Of a DNA stretch of 64,000 nt, positions 26,001 through 39,743 are shown in pieces; within the stretch, counting starts at the first letter, position 1, and each line of letters opens with the position of its first letter. The DNA comes from Kondoa subrosea (taxonomy: Eukaryota): the NCBI GenBank assembly GCA_039545335.1, contig BCIN01000004.1:1354925-1418924 (forward strand). Reading direction: 5' to 3'. The notes under the pieces were generated by a model, which was not told the origin of the DNA, made no database searches, and worked only from the letters and a program-made list of their open reading frames with translations. A program made the position numbers and the translations under genes.

Positions 26001-26462
26001 TCAATTCAGTCTTCAAGAACGGTCGGAAGACGAGAGCTCGACAAACGATATTACCAGCATATTGGACCAATTCATACAGATCTGCTAAGTGATGCTTCCC
26101 CGTAGTATGTGCGTCGTAAAGGTAAGAAGATAGATGTCGTAAACCGTCAAAGACTGCCATGTAGAGTTCATAGTATTGTTTGGGCGATAAGGAAGAGGTT
26201 CTCAACTCTGCCAAAGTGGTGGAAGCAGCTTTCAGAGCGTCCATTAATTGATCAGAGTCCTGTGAATAGAGATAGCCATCGGTTAATATGGACCTGTGTC
26301 AGCTGAACGACAGACACGAACAAGACAGCGACGCATGACGCCTAATTGAGACTTGACCGCTAAGGGAGCAGCAAGCATAAGCTGCTATTGCCTCCTTGTG
26401 CAGCACAAGCACCTACTGGTCAGAGCCTCGCCGAGAGCTTTCCCATCTGGGTCGAGCGACAT
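23054..26462 (-). CDS. VPS35: Retromer cargo-recognition subunit Vps35
   Basis: [95 protein letters not shown] and ASHLWW. Confidence 0.98.
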
Positions 26463-27185
26463 GATGCGAGCTGATTTCCCCTCTATCTATTAACCTCGCT
26501 TCCCCTAAATCAACAGGGATGTCTGCAGGCCTGTGGACCGGCTGAGTATCTAGTAGATGGGTATGCTTGCAGAGGTATACAACTCCAAGGTCACGGTTCG
26601 CTGCAAGTCTAGTAACTTGTGCGCGAGCCAGGTGCCCCTCAAGCTTGTTTCAACCCAAGCATAGTCGCTATGTACATGTCTAGCCCTACAATACTATGGC
26701 TTATTGGCCAGCTTCTCTTCCGCTCGCCGCAACTTCTCCCTCAGTTGTTCTTGCTCTTGCTTTAAATGGAACCGCCTGCATCGGGCTCAGCTGCATCAGA
26801 ATTGTTCTATTCTACAGGACGTACCGTTGTTCCAGCCTGATCAGCAAATTACTGAGACACCACTCGACTGCGATTAATCATGTTCACTCACTGAATGAGT
26901 CTGTCCTTCTTGGCTTGTGCAAGAGCTTTATCTTCTGCATCCTTCACTTCTATCTCATTTCCTTCACCGACGATCACTTTATTTTTCCTATTCAAGTAGA
27001 ACCCAGCCGCAATGCCCGCTTTCATATCGCGCATTAGAAATGTCATCATTGTTCCTTCTGCTATCGAAGGCTAACCAGGCAAAAGAAGTGTGCTAATCAA
27101 AGCTCCTCCTCTCTTAGTAGCAAAGAAAGCCATGTAAGCAAATAAATAAATGACAACTAATACATGGTTTATTGGTTGTTACATT

Positions 27186-30100
27186 CTAACCTATCAACTT
27201 CCCTTTTCCCTTCGAAGCAACCTGCACCTTACTCTCTTGTACTTCAATTCCATACTCTTTCAATTCTTCTAATAGAGGCTCCCAAACTTCTTTCTTCAAA
27301 GGTCGAATTATTCCTTTCTCTTTCACTTTCCCATCCAAAATCAACAAAGTAGCTAAAGCTGCTGGAATACCGACTGTTTTCGCCATAGCGGAATGACCAC
27401 CTTGTTGACCGATAGGATCGCCATACATGATCAACTTGGAGATCCAGGTCTCATCTTCGTTGTTGGAAGAGCGAACGCCAACTTCATGCTGCAAGACTAC
27501 TAGATCGCGTTCTCCAGTTTGATAGGATCTGATGCATGTATATGAGTTTAATATACCCGAATGTAATGTCAATACACTTACAGTTTGTGAGTCAGAAGAG
27601 CTTCAAGGTAATCCATTGGGGCAGTAGCTTTTGACGGTAAAGGTGTAGCAAGTCCATCATGTTTGAAAGTCTCGACTAATCCAAACCTGCATTTTCATAT
27701 TAGTACCGTAGCAGTTCGTGAGTATTGTAAAGCTCACCATTGTAAAGCTTTATACACTTCGGCAGGTTTGCTTGCAATGGGTAAGAATTGCTCAAACTCT
27801 TTCTCCACCATCATCACATGACCCTGTTTCTTCATCTCCATACTCATCTTCAACACTTCCATCCAACTTTCCGGTCTTCTTGTAAAACTTTGAGTAGAAA
27901 ATAAACCCAAACTTCTGAATGCAGCTAATAGTTCCGCTGTTCCGGGATAGCGCAAAGTTCCGCGAAACATAGTAGGCAAGTCTTGCTTCAATCCATAGGC
28001 TGGTAAATAATCGAAAGAGTTTCGGTTTGCTAAACCTTCGAATTCGAAACCTTGGATCGATTTCACTGGGAATGGGTTCTCAAGGAGTTGATCGCCTGCA
28101 ATCTGCTTTTGCTTGCCGTCCAAGGAGTACTGAGCTGAATTGGAAGCCGCTGCTAATACACCTCGGGGACTCCAGCTCTGCGACAAAGGTTGTAAGAAGT
28201 TGTCCTACTAATGATGAATGATAGACATACGAATTTGTACTTCAAAGGTAGACCAATGCATGCTTTAAGGTCTGGAAGACCTCCGCACCAGCTTACAAAG
28301 GAAGTGATCTGTCGTTTCTCCGTTAGCGAGAAAATAAAATATCGATTGAAGAGCCAACCTCTTTCCCCTCACCGCGAGCAGTGTGAATCATCTGAGCAGC
28401 TAGAAGATGATCAATCCCAGGGTCTAGCCCAATCTATAAGCATCAATCAGTTGACTATCAATCCCATTCTGTTTCGTTCTCACCTCATTCATGATCGTTA
28501 CATTGGCATCAACAGCTCTTTCTTGCAAAGCTTTCATCTCTTCAGATTCGTAAGAAGCTGTAATCATGTTCACTCCATGTTTGATGCATAGTTCAGCGAC
28601 TTTTGTATGCAAAGGAGCAGGAAGTAAGCTGAGTACGACATTATTCTCTTTGATCAATTCTGCCAATTTGATTGTATCGGAAATATCGAGCTGAACCACT
28701 TGTCCTCTATTGCCTGCTAGTTGTTTTGCGGCGTCGCTCAGGTGACTCGCTGCATTTGGAAAGGTTAGATCTGCAGTAAAAGAAGCAAGTAGGGGAGCAT
28801 ACCGATAGTCAAATTGACATCTTCACGCTTGAGTAGAACTTCACATGCTGGTCCGGCTACCAAGCCACTTCCAAGGACAAGAACATTCTTCTGTTTGACT
28901 ATCGAGTTGGCCGACAGCAAAGATGTCAACCAAGTATGCGGTTCGACCAGTCGACCATTTTCGACTATAGTGGAGCGACGTAAAGCTTCCAACATACTGT
29001 CTTGCTCTGCTGTTCTTTCCTTGGTGAAAAGTACATCGATGTAAGGGAATGCGCAGGAAGAGAAATGTTCGCTTGAAGGCAATGGCAGTTCAGCAGGAAG
29101 GATCTCGATAGTCATGAGAGCAGTAGAAGATAGGTCTCGTCGAGCGCTATCGATTCCTTGTTAGACTTTCTGAACTCGCATCATCGAAACAAGCGTACTT
29201 TGAATCTTCTTTCCCTTGTGCATTAAGGTAGAAAGTCGGGTCATTGATAGTAGAAGGTCTTTCTACAAATTCCAATCCACCATTCCAGTCTGCACTGACA
29301 TCGACCAAAGCTAAAAATCGAGCATGTTCCTGTTTTTCTAGTACCAGTCTCGCTTTGAGATCAACGTATTCTTGAGTAGTCATGATACGAGGAAGTCCGT
29401 CCGTATAGAATGCTCCGTTGATCAGAGCCGTGAGATATGGCGCGAACTGATCTGCAAGATGAGACACGAGAAAGCAGATACAGCCATATGACTTACCTCT
29501 TCAGCAAAGACGGAGTGATATTGTTCTGGATGTGCTCGGTAATTCTCTCGAGAGAAAGCACTGCCATCTTTTGCTCGCAAGTAATCAGAAGCAGACAATT
29601 GGATAGCATAAAGTTTGCGAAGACTGGTACTAGATGATTTGACGAGCTTTTTAAGTTGATCAGGCTTGATCCATTCGACATTCATAGCTTTCAGTACATC
29701 GACTGCTCCTGAAGCTACTCGACCGGTGCCAACTACACAGAAAACGATTGGTCCAAGTCCAGGAGGTGTGCCTCCATCTTCGACATGCTTGCTTAGTTCA
29801 CCTAGAGCTTGTTTGCAATCTTCAAAAGTTCGGCATTGAATAGGACGTTTCAGGAGAAGGAAGCTCGTGTTATAGCCATTGCTTAGGCATTTCATGGATA
29901 AAGTGGAAGCTATGAAGTCCATTGCTCCGCTGAAACCTGCCATGTAGCCAAAAGCAGCGGTTCTGGCGCCTTTATCGTCGGTCAGAAGTTCCCAGTCGCA
30001 GAAAGTTGCTTTCGATGCCAATTGCTTGCGAAGACGAGGGACATTGTAGCTTTGACCCTTCCAGATGCTGAAGAGTAGTGAGACATATCGCAAAGATCAG

Positions 30101-30559
30101 TGAGGAGACCGGTGCTTACTGCCAAAACCCAATATACATTCGTTCGCCTTGCATAATCTCATCAATGGGCACTTCTTTCACTCCGAGTAGAACTGATGCA
30201 GGAGATAGATCCATAGTGATTTGAGCTCCAGCTGCTTCATATTCGTGGTTCGTGAAACATCTCTTATCGCTTGGTTGAACAAGAACTTTGATGTCGCGCT
30301 CTTTGATGAGACGAGAGACATCTTTCGGTGTCAAACATGTGCGTCTTTCCCATTCTCTTGCAGGGCTAATCTTGTTGTCAGCTCCTTGAATAGACGCGCT
30401 CAAGCTGTGAACTCACTCTTCTCGAACCAATCCTAAGATAGTATGCTTCATGTCGATAGGATGATAGGAACGAAAGAGAGGTGCTCGAACGAGTGGAGGT
30501 ATACATCTGCTTAGCCCTCGTCGCAAGGCGAAGCTGATCTGCACAGCTTGGACTGACAT
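27186..30559 (-). CDS. AASS: Bifunctional lysine-ketoglutarate reductase/saccharopine dehydrogenase (alpha-aminoadipic semialdehyde synthase), mitochondrial
   Basis: Arg-rich presequence MSVQAVQISFALRRGLSRCIPPLVRAPLFRSY. LKR part: WERRTCLTP, LLGVKEVP, KGQSYN, DWELLTDDKGARTAAFG, TGRVASGA. SDH part: VLVLGSGLVAGP, SLLPAPLH, MITASY, GLDPGIDH, SFVSWCGGLP, SWSPRGVL, RGTLRYPG, SAMAKTVGIPAA. Confidence 0.93.
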
Positions 30560-31662
30560 CGTAGACTTCACGGACACAGCACTGGCTGTCAGGTATACAC
30601 AGCAGCAAGTGCATCAATTGCTGCGAAAGATGAAGCAAACGACACGACAGAGGACAAGCCAGATTTCTATCTCGAGTTGACAGGAGAAAGGGAAAACCAC
30701 GGCAAACCGAAGTTCGCGTCTCAGCGCTTCTCTCTAGCGCTTTTGGTCTGATGTGCAGAATGAGCAGTCCATTACAAGTAAAGAGCAAGCGTGCGGTGCC
30801 ATAATCCGCGTATCGAAAGCCTGAGCTTCACGGTTCTGGATCAAAGTGGTCAAAATCGAAAACCAAAGTGTTCCCCAAACTCCGATGTGCTACATATGTA
30901 TTACAGTCGCTGCTGTCCGCTGCGAATCTTCTGACACACGGTACGACTCAGCTTAATCACTTCGGAGTGCTCCCTTCGGATTTGAACGTCTTCCGAAGCT
31001 CGACTTTAGAGTCTTGCGGCCTGGCTACTGGTGTAGCTGTGGTGTATATCACGCTACAACTTTACAAGACAGGATCAGTCTCCATCGAGTCAAACCTAGT
31101 CATGATATCATTTTTGGTTTCTGCCTCGCTTCCTCCTTCTCATTTGCCTATTCCGCTGCGCCGCTTGGCAGGTCATGGAGAGTTCATTTGACGCTTCATC
31201 TCCAGCAAATCTTCAGCGCCTTGTCAGCGGCTTCATGTGCAAAGTCTGCTTTTTTAGTCACCGATCTTCCTTTTGCGGATGTACACAATTACATATGTGA
31301 TCTGCTACTGATGTACTGAATGTACTCCGCTTGTACACGTTTCAGCTTCTTGTGACAACATACTACTTCTGGGTACCCCATTTTGGGGAGCGGCTTCGGT
31401 AGGCGTTCGCGATCGTTTGTTTTGACGAATTTCAAGCCATTTATTTTTCCTTTTCCTTTGAGCTTCGGGATCCTTTGTCGGCAAAGAGCTTACGGGCGGC
31501 CATTCTCTTTTGAAAGAACACCATGCTGGCTTGTTGACGATTGTTTGCCCTCCAACAACTTGGAAGTACTTCATATACCTAAGCCGACGCGGATTCGCTA
31601 ACATCCGAACCGCTTTTGGCAATCAATTCCAAGCGTCTTATCCTAGCAAACACTACATTCGA

Positions 31663-33960
31663 ATGGATTTGCAACACCTTGTGCGGCATGAGTCGCTGCC
31701 AACGTCATGGACAGGTGAATTTCACTCAAAGACAAAGTAGAATGATTGAACGCTTATGCTGAATTCATAGTTCCCCATTCTTGGACTTACGGAGTGGTCA
31801 ATAGCCTTCTCTCGTGGTGGATAACACGTTGATTGAAGGACTTCTTACAGTGGATCCTTTTGGCAATGAACATTGTTGCAGGAGCATTTGCAGTAGCAGG
31901 ACTATGGACAAGGGCGAAAGATCCAGAGAGGCGCTTTCTTGTCAAGAAGACAGAAAGAGTGGAAGGCGTCTATTGGGTGGTGCGCACATTATGAAGCGAA
32001 ATCATAATAATCGCTGACATCAAACCTGTTCTTCAGCCTCATTCGCCGATGATTACTACTCTCTTAATCCTTCTTTCTTGTGGCCGTGAGTATTTTTTGA
32101 ATCATGCATGGATCCAGCCTCAATTTTGACTCGCCTTCCAGTTTGTACAGGTTCGTTCGGTGATCTACCGCGGCAGGCCCGAGCTGATCCGTCATAACAG
32201 CCATCCTCGTCTACGTTTATTATTCCTGGGCTTGGGGGACTTATAGTTCGTTGGGACGGACAGTGTCTACCCTCATGCCGTACATTCATCTCATGACTAG
32301 TATCATCAGAATCTGACAAAGCGGACAGATTCCCTGAATGGGGTTGGACCTGGTTCTCAAGCTTTGGACCAGCCTATGCTTGTCATCTCTTCCCTCTGGA
32401 GTTGGTAGAGAATGCTACCTCTCGCAGAATTGCTCGAGCTTTGCGATTTCGACCTTTCGTAATGAACCTGTGCTGCTACGCCTACCCTGTTGTGGTCATC
32501 TTTCCAACCATAGCCCTGTCGATTGCCTGGCCACTCAAATTCGATGCAGCTTGTTCGTCAAAAACTGTCACGTCGTGGTTCGGAGCTAATACGTGCTGCC
32601 TAGCTGCCCGAGCAAGAGCAATTGTGAACTCCTCAGATCTCAGTGAATATACCCCGGATGAGATCGAGCATGCCTCCAAGCAGATAGAGACAGCTGGTAT
32701 CGCTTATCAATGTCTCTGGGCGATATGGTTGATCAGCTTCATTCTCGCTAGCGCGGTGAGCGAAGCAAAAAGAGCTTCCGTGTATATGTTGACTGAGATG
32801 GTATGATAGATCTATATCATATACTCAATCCTGCTCCAGCGTATTCTGCGAATGCAGTTATCGACCTTAAATTCGCTCGACAATGCAAACAAGCTAGCCA
32901 AAAAGCACTTTGATCAGCTAGATCAGAAGTTAGAAGCTGCTCAAGAGTCTCATCCTTTATCGGCTTTATCGGCTTTGATAGGCTCCACAGAAGCTACACA
33001 TCAGATCAGCACCGCTGAGGTGTCATTCGATAAAATCGATATCTCAAGTAATCGTGAAGTAACATCAGCACATCGGCCGCAACGACCTTCAAATTCGCGG
33101 AGGAGTTCGTCCAAGCGGCATTCTTTATTCGGCTGGACACCATTCAATGGAACAACTTCGCTTGAAACCGAAATGCGTCAATACTCTAAATTAGATCTGC
33201 TCCGACTCAACACCCATATCATTACTATTGAAGCAGTCGTCTTCTCCATCTTCTGTGCTCTTTGGTCGGCGTTTGCTGCTCTCAAGGCCATACAAGGTTT
33301 TGCCATTGTTGCTAACCGCAAAATGGTCAGCGTTATCCTTTTGTGTCAATTGATTATTGGAATAGGGTGAGCACTCCTGTTCTACTTACAATTACATATG
33401 TTCTGACTTTGGACACTATCAAGGTTTGCATTGCTCGCTTCGATAACAATTTATTGGAGAGGTAGAAATACAAGCAACACGTACGACTCCCTCTTTACAG
33501 CGTTACTTAACGAGCTGATATATCATCTGTTAACAGACGAATGGGGACTTCGCCGACTCTGCAGCAACCTAAATGGTCGAATCTTCTGCCGAGCATGAAC
33601 AGTCCGAAACTTGGTATTCGAATTGAATTACCCAGATTGAAGCGCAACACAACCCGATTATCAGCAGTTACCGATATAGCAGACGATAGTTCGGATACAG
33701 AAAAAGTGAAACCACCGTTAAGGACAGCTTCACCTAAAGATCTGTATGTTAGTCAATGGACTGCGCCCGACTCCTGGAGCGATGAGGTATGGTCACCGAT
33801 CATTCTTGTAATCAGTTCTGGTGCTCATACATAGAACAATACAGCGCTTGACGAGAGAGTATCAGGACCGGGTCTGAGGCGAAGGGGTCCAGATTGTGTT
33901 GTTCCGCACTTTTGTTCAGGGGTGAGATCAGTATATCGAAATGAAGAGTGGCATATATAG
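31663..33960 (+). CDS. Orphan multi-exon integral membrane protein with about seven predicted TM segments (GPCR-like topology)
   Basis: Spliced hydrophobic segments: WILLAMNIVAGAFAVAGLW; ITTLLILLSCG/AILVYVYYSWAW; WGWTWFSSFGPAYACHLF; FVMNLCCYAYPVVVIFPTIALSIAW; IAYQCLWAIWLISFILASA; long polar loop (32852-33200); IITIEAVVFSIFCALWSAFAAL; MVSVILLCQLIIGIG.FALLASITIYW; Ser/Pro-rich tail. The start codon and the first exons are uncertain. Confidence 0.6.
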
Positions 33961-34347
33961 GTCAACCTGGGAACAGGTCTTATATATTTATATAGTGTTG
34001 TACATATCTTGAAGGAAGGACAATAGATACAACTATCCACGAGCTTCCGAATTACACACCTCATGCAAGCTCATTAAGCTTCAGCAAGGCAGAAGAGTGA
34101 CGCAACGAAGGAAATGAACATGAAACTAAGACCGGCGAGAATATGACAAACAATGATAGATTGGATGACTTTAAAAACACAAGAGCACTATCCATCCATT
34201 TGTTTCCAATCCTTCTAATCACACAATGCCAAAAAAGGTCTCCAGCGTTCAAATAGCGCGCACTTCTCTTATATATGTGTGTGCAGACCCTCTCTTGACC
34301 CTTGAAAACCCTCTTCGTCTACTTGTTCTGTCTTTTGACAATAGGCA

Positions 34348-36199
<1,852 letters not shown>

Positions 36200-36604
36200 G
36201 ATATTGGGTCTGTGTGTCTAAAGGTGGTCGCTCGGATTGTATGGGCAAGAATGCGATTCTTGCTTGAAAAGGCGCTTTGTGTGTTTCGAAAACCGAAAAA
36301 GGCTAGCTTCACAAGAGAGGCTTGCTGAAGGAACGGAGTGTATGACCGCTGTGCTGTACTGAAAGAGAGTGTCGCGGCTAATGTGACTGTGCACCGCTGA
36401 AGAAAACGAGTTGGTCCGAAGCAAGCGTGTCGAATTCTTGACCTCAAAATCAAGAATCGGTTCGTCCGCAACGGTGTCGACCTGTCCTGGACTGTTGTGC
36501 CTGCTCAGGGCTGCTCTTATAGTCTCAAAAGGTCCTGTCACCTCCGACTGAAGCGAGATACGCCACTGGAGCAGCATGATTGTACTCTGATGCCTGTCGT
36601 TGAC

Positions 36605-36668
36605 AGATTGTCTTCCTCTTCGTCCTCCTTCTCTTCTTCTTCTTCTCCTTTCTCTTCTTTCTCTTCCG
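36605..36668. repeat. Imperfect (TCT/CTT)n polypyrimidine microsatellite upstream of HOG1
   Basis: The sequence tcttcctcttcgtcctccttctcttcttcttctcctttctcttctttctcttcc is directly visible. Confidence 0.6.
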
Positions 36669-36928
36669 GCGTAAACTCGAACTGCGTCTGCTTCTAGTAA
36701 GTGACTACTTGTGATCAAGGCATCCTCGGCCTTGCGCAGTATTGGTCTTCTTAACCAGCAGCAGTGCTTCTACTGTACAAAACTATGTGAAGAACTTTAG
36801 CTTGCGGGAAATGTGCTTCATCCGTTTTGCTCAACGTTCACTCTGCTACACTTTCGGTCGTGCTTCACTGGTACAGCTGATTGTTTATACCTTGATGTGA
36901 TGGTTTCCATATTGATCTGACTTGGCCC

Positions 36929-37343
36929 AATCAGCCTGTTTCACTGTGGCTTCATCAATCTCTTCCGCTTAGAAAGTAGCCAGCAGCTCTTTCAGCAGCG
37001 CAAGCTCAGTCGCTTCAGTCAGAGCCTCAAAGAGTGTATGTTCACACATTTCTCTCTCCTTTTACCTTTCTCAATCAGGCTGACTTGACCTCTCTTCTTT
37101 TTTTTCGCTCTCGTACAGTTCGCTTCTGCCACTCGCTCGGTGAAAAATGAACTGTAAAGTGGATGAACATGATGATGACAAGGTCAGGGTCGATGTTTGG
37201 AATTCGCTCAAGAGAGAGAACAAGAAGTAATGGTTTCCAGGTTGGGGAGAAGAAGTAAAAACATGATTATCCGAATAATTACACGAATTGAAGTGAGAAA
37301 AGGCTCTGTTGTATATATCCCAGTTCTCACGACGAGCGCTGAT
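36929..37343 (+). pseudogene. Inverted duplicate fragment of the Ish1-like gene 3' end (part of the penultimate exon, last intron, last exon ...SATRSVKNEL*, 3' UTR)
   Basis: It is the reverse complement of 43091-43494 with scattered substitutions and small indels. For example, gttcgcttctgccactcgctcggtgaaaaatgaactgtaaagtggatg occurs in both copies. The copy has a TAG where the intact gene reads CAA. Confidence 0.92.
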
Positions 37344-37425
37344 TGCATTTGCGTATAATGTGTCTTTCTTTCTACGAAGCAAAGATTTAGTGTTTCCTGG
37401 CTTTGTCAACCCAAAAACGCAATTA

Positions 37426-38553
37426 TCATAGCCCGGCTTTCGTCTTCCGCTTAGCAGCTTCGCACCCCATAAAGGAGCAAACCTCTTTGATAATTTGAAC
37501 CATCTCTTCCTCCGAATGAGCAGGTTGAGCCCATTCATCAGGATCAGTAGGTAAGATTTTGTTCTTGTTTGGTCCAGGCACTTGATCGGGATCAGGATGA
37601 TGAATGAAGACGATAGGCTTGCTGAAAGCCTTGCGGTACTTCAAATTAGCCTTGAGAGAATTGGCCTGAATGAATGCACACTGGGGGAAAAAAGCTTGAG
37701 CTTCGCAGTAGTATGGGAGATAGAAAGGTTACGTACGCAATAGCCCGAGTTGATGTGGGGATCGATTTGTATGTGCTATGCGAGAGCTTGTGAGAAATCG
37801 ACTGTCTAGCCGATGTTTTTGTGAGAAGTACTTTGTATCCTTTGCCTTCAATGCTAGCCAATAAAGCTCTGACGTCCACGTCAGTCTCCCATTGATCAAC
37901 ATTGCCTGTCAAACCTCGGCCGCCTTCGACTTGATTTGGGCAAGTCAGTGATCAACCTCTAGCTCGTAATATATGACTTACCTTTGGGAGCGTATTCCAT
38001 GTCATTGTCTGCATAGTCATAGCCCTAGCATGTCTTCTTCGGTCAAAGATCACCAACAGCTGAAGAACAACTCACGACTCTCTTAGCTCCCCGTTCAATC
38101 TGCATGTTTTCCATGCCTGGAGCTGTGCCGAGATGTACAAAAGCATCGAATCTGAGACAAAAATCAGCAGAAGCCAAACATGGAATCGCCTTATTCCGCT
38201 GACAGATTCGATTTGTGCAAGTCTGGCATTTGAGTACCGATATCGTTCCAATTTGTCAAGAAAGTGGATACAAACCTAAGAAAACTCAGCCTTCACATCA
38301 CATGTCGAGCGCAGGAAGCTCACAAGCGGATTTGGACCTTAGTTTCAGCACCATTTTCTTGCTTGAAAGAAGTTTCGATGTTCTCAATAGCTAAATGCTG
38401 TGCCAAACGAGCAGAAGGGTTGACCGGGCAAAGCGAGAATGGTCCGTTACCAGTGAGTAACAACCTGACCCAGACAGTCAGGAAGCATAGAGGTGCGTAA
38501 CTCATAGCCTTGACATACCGAATGCGAATAGGTTTAGCGGAATCTTGAGACAT
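37426..38553 (-). CDS. Pyroglutamyl-peptidase I-like cysteine peptidase (C15), paralog A
   Basis: IRIRLLLTGNGPFSLCPVNPS, FDAFVHLG, MQIERGAKR (catalytic Glu), GYDYADND, INSGYC|CAFIQANSL (catalytic Cys, cf. DAGRYLCEF.YY.SL) and IVFIHHP (catalytic His). Confidence 0.8.
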
Positions 38554-39743
38554 CGAATCGGAGTGAGAGTGAAGTACGAGAAAGAAAGTAGACCTGGGCT
38601 TTTAGCACCAGCGAAGAGCATAGCATTGCAGTACGAGAGTACTGTTCAACCGCGTGTTTGCCTTCCAAGACAAAGGGCAGAGTCTGATGAGTAAATCACA
38701 GCAAATCTATAGCATGCGCTAGACTAAATGCAGCGCAGTAAAGCATCGCAAGGGTCTGCTTTACTCTGCTCAGCAGCAACTTTGAAGCCCTGGCAATGGC
38801 TGATGGCCGATCGCAGTGCAGTAAGCGAAAGCGTCTTCCGAGTCAGAGCAAAATGTTGTTCCAACTTATAGTTCATGCAGTGGTGACCTGCTTCAAGGGT
38901 CGTTCTAAGAACATTGTACCAGTAGTCGAGTTTTCACTTTACACTCAAATGCACTTGTGATGATGATCTTTCGCGCGCAACCATTTCAGACCAAAAACAG
39001 GCTAGCTTGCTCATCAAATTGCCACTGCCTGCTATGGCATAGAGATATACCCGCTGCTCAGGGAAGACCTTCAATTCTGGCGTCTTCGCTGGGACAGTGT
39101 ATGAGAGCACAATAGCCAGCCTCTCCAGAGCAGCTGTAATATTGGAGAATAGTGGAGCGAATGGATTGTGTAGTGCGCAAGTATGGAAGTCAAGAAGCTC
39201 TCAACCAAAGTAGCAGACAGAAATCGATCGCCGCTTTCAATCACTTCTAGAATCTCTGAGCGATTAATATTGTGTATACGAGCTGCCTATAATGGTTCCC
39301 TTGCGTCCACATTTGTTTCAATCTTCACCGAGTCGTGCTGTAACTATCAATCCTGGATGTACTGCCATCGCAATCGCTACTGTACTTTCGCTGGTCGATT
39401 GGTTGTCTAGAGAACTGCATGTTACAGGTATCAGGCCGGCGCGTATGTTAAGATGCGAGCTCCATGTTTCTTCGTAGAGCAGCAGTTGCAGACAATGCAA
39501 ACATACCGCATGTCAACGGTGGAACGCAAAAATCCTCGAAACGGATTCAGCTTCACCCTAGTCTCGAACGAGACGGAAATCTACAATTGCTTAGGTGTCC
39601 GTCCTGCGAAAAGCCCTGCTTCACTTCTTCCCTCGGAACAAATGATTCCCTTTGTGATAGAAATGGCGATAGGACTTGATCTCAATATTTCGTTTCTTTT
39701 CGTGACCAGCATACTCTCCATTCTTAAGCGACATCAATCGACA

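Noticed and set aside
31305..32319. Minus-strand Cys-rich frame with several stops (CP*SCYCKCSC...), first read as a RIP-like decayed pseudogene or transposon CxC domain
   Set aside because: The plus strand gives a coherent spliced membrane protein over most of the same interval, so the minus frame is best explained as its antisense shadow.
36840..36912. Weak similarity to the reverse complement of 42920-43000, a possible second breakpoint duplication
   Set aside because: Only short patchy matches (cttgat...gtttccat), which cannot be told from chance without an alignment.
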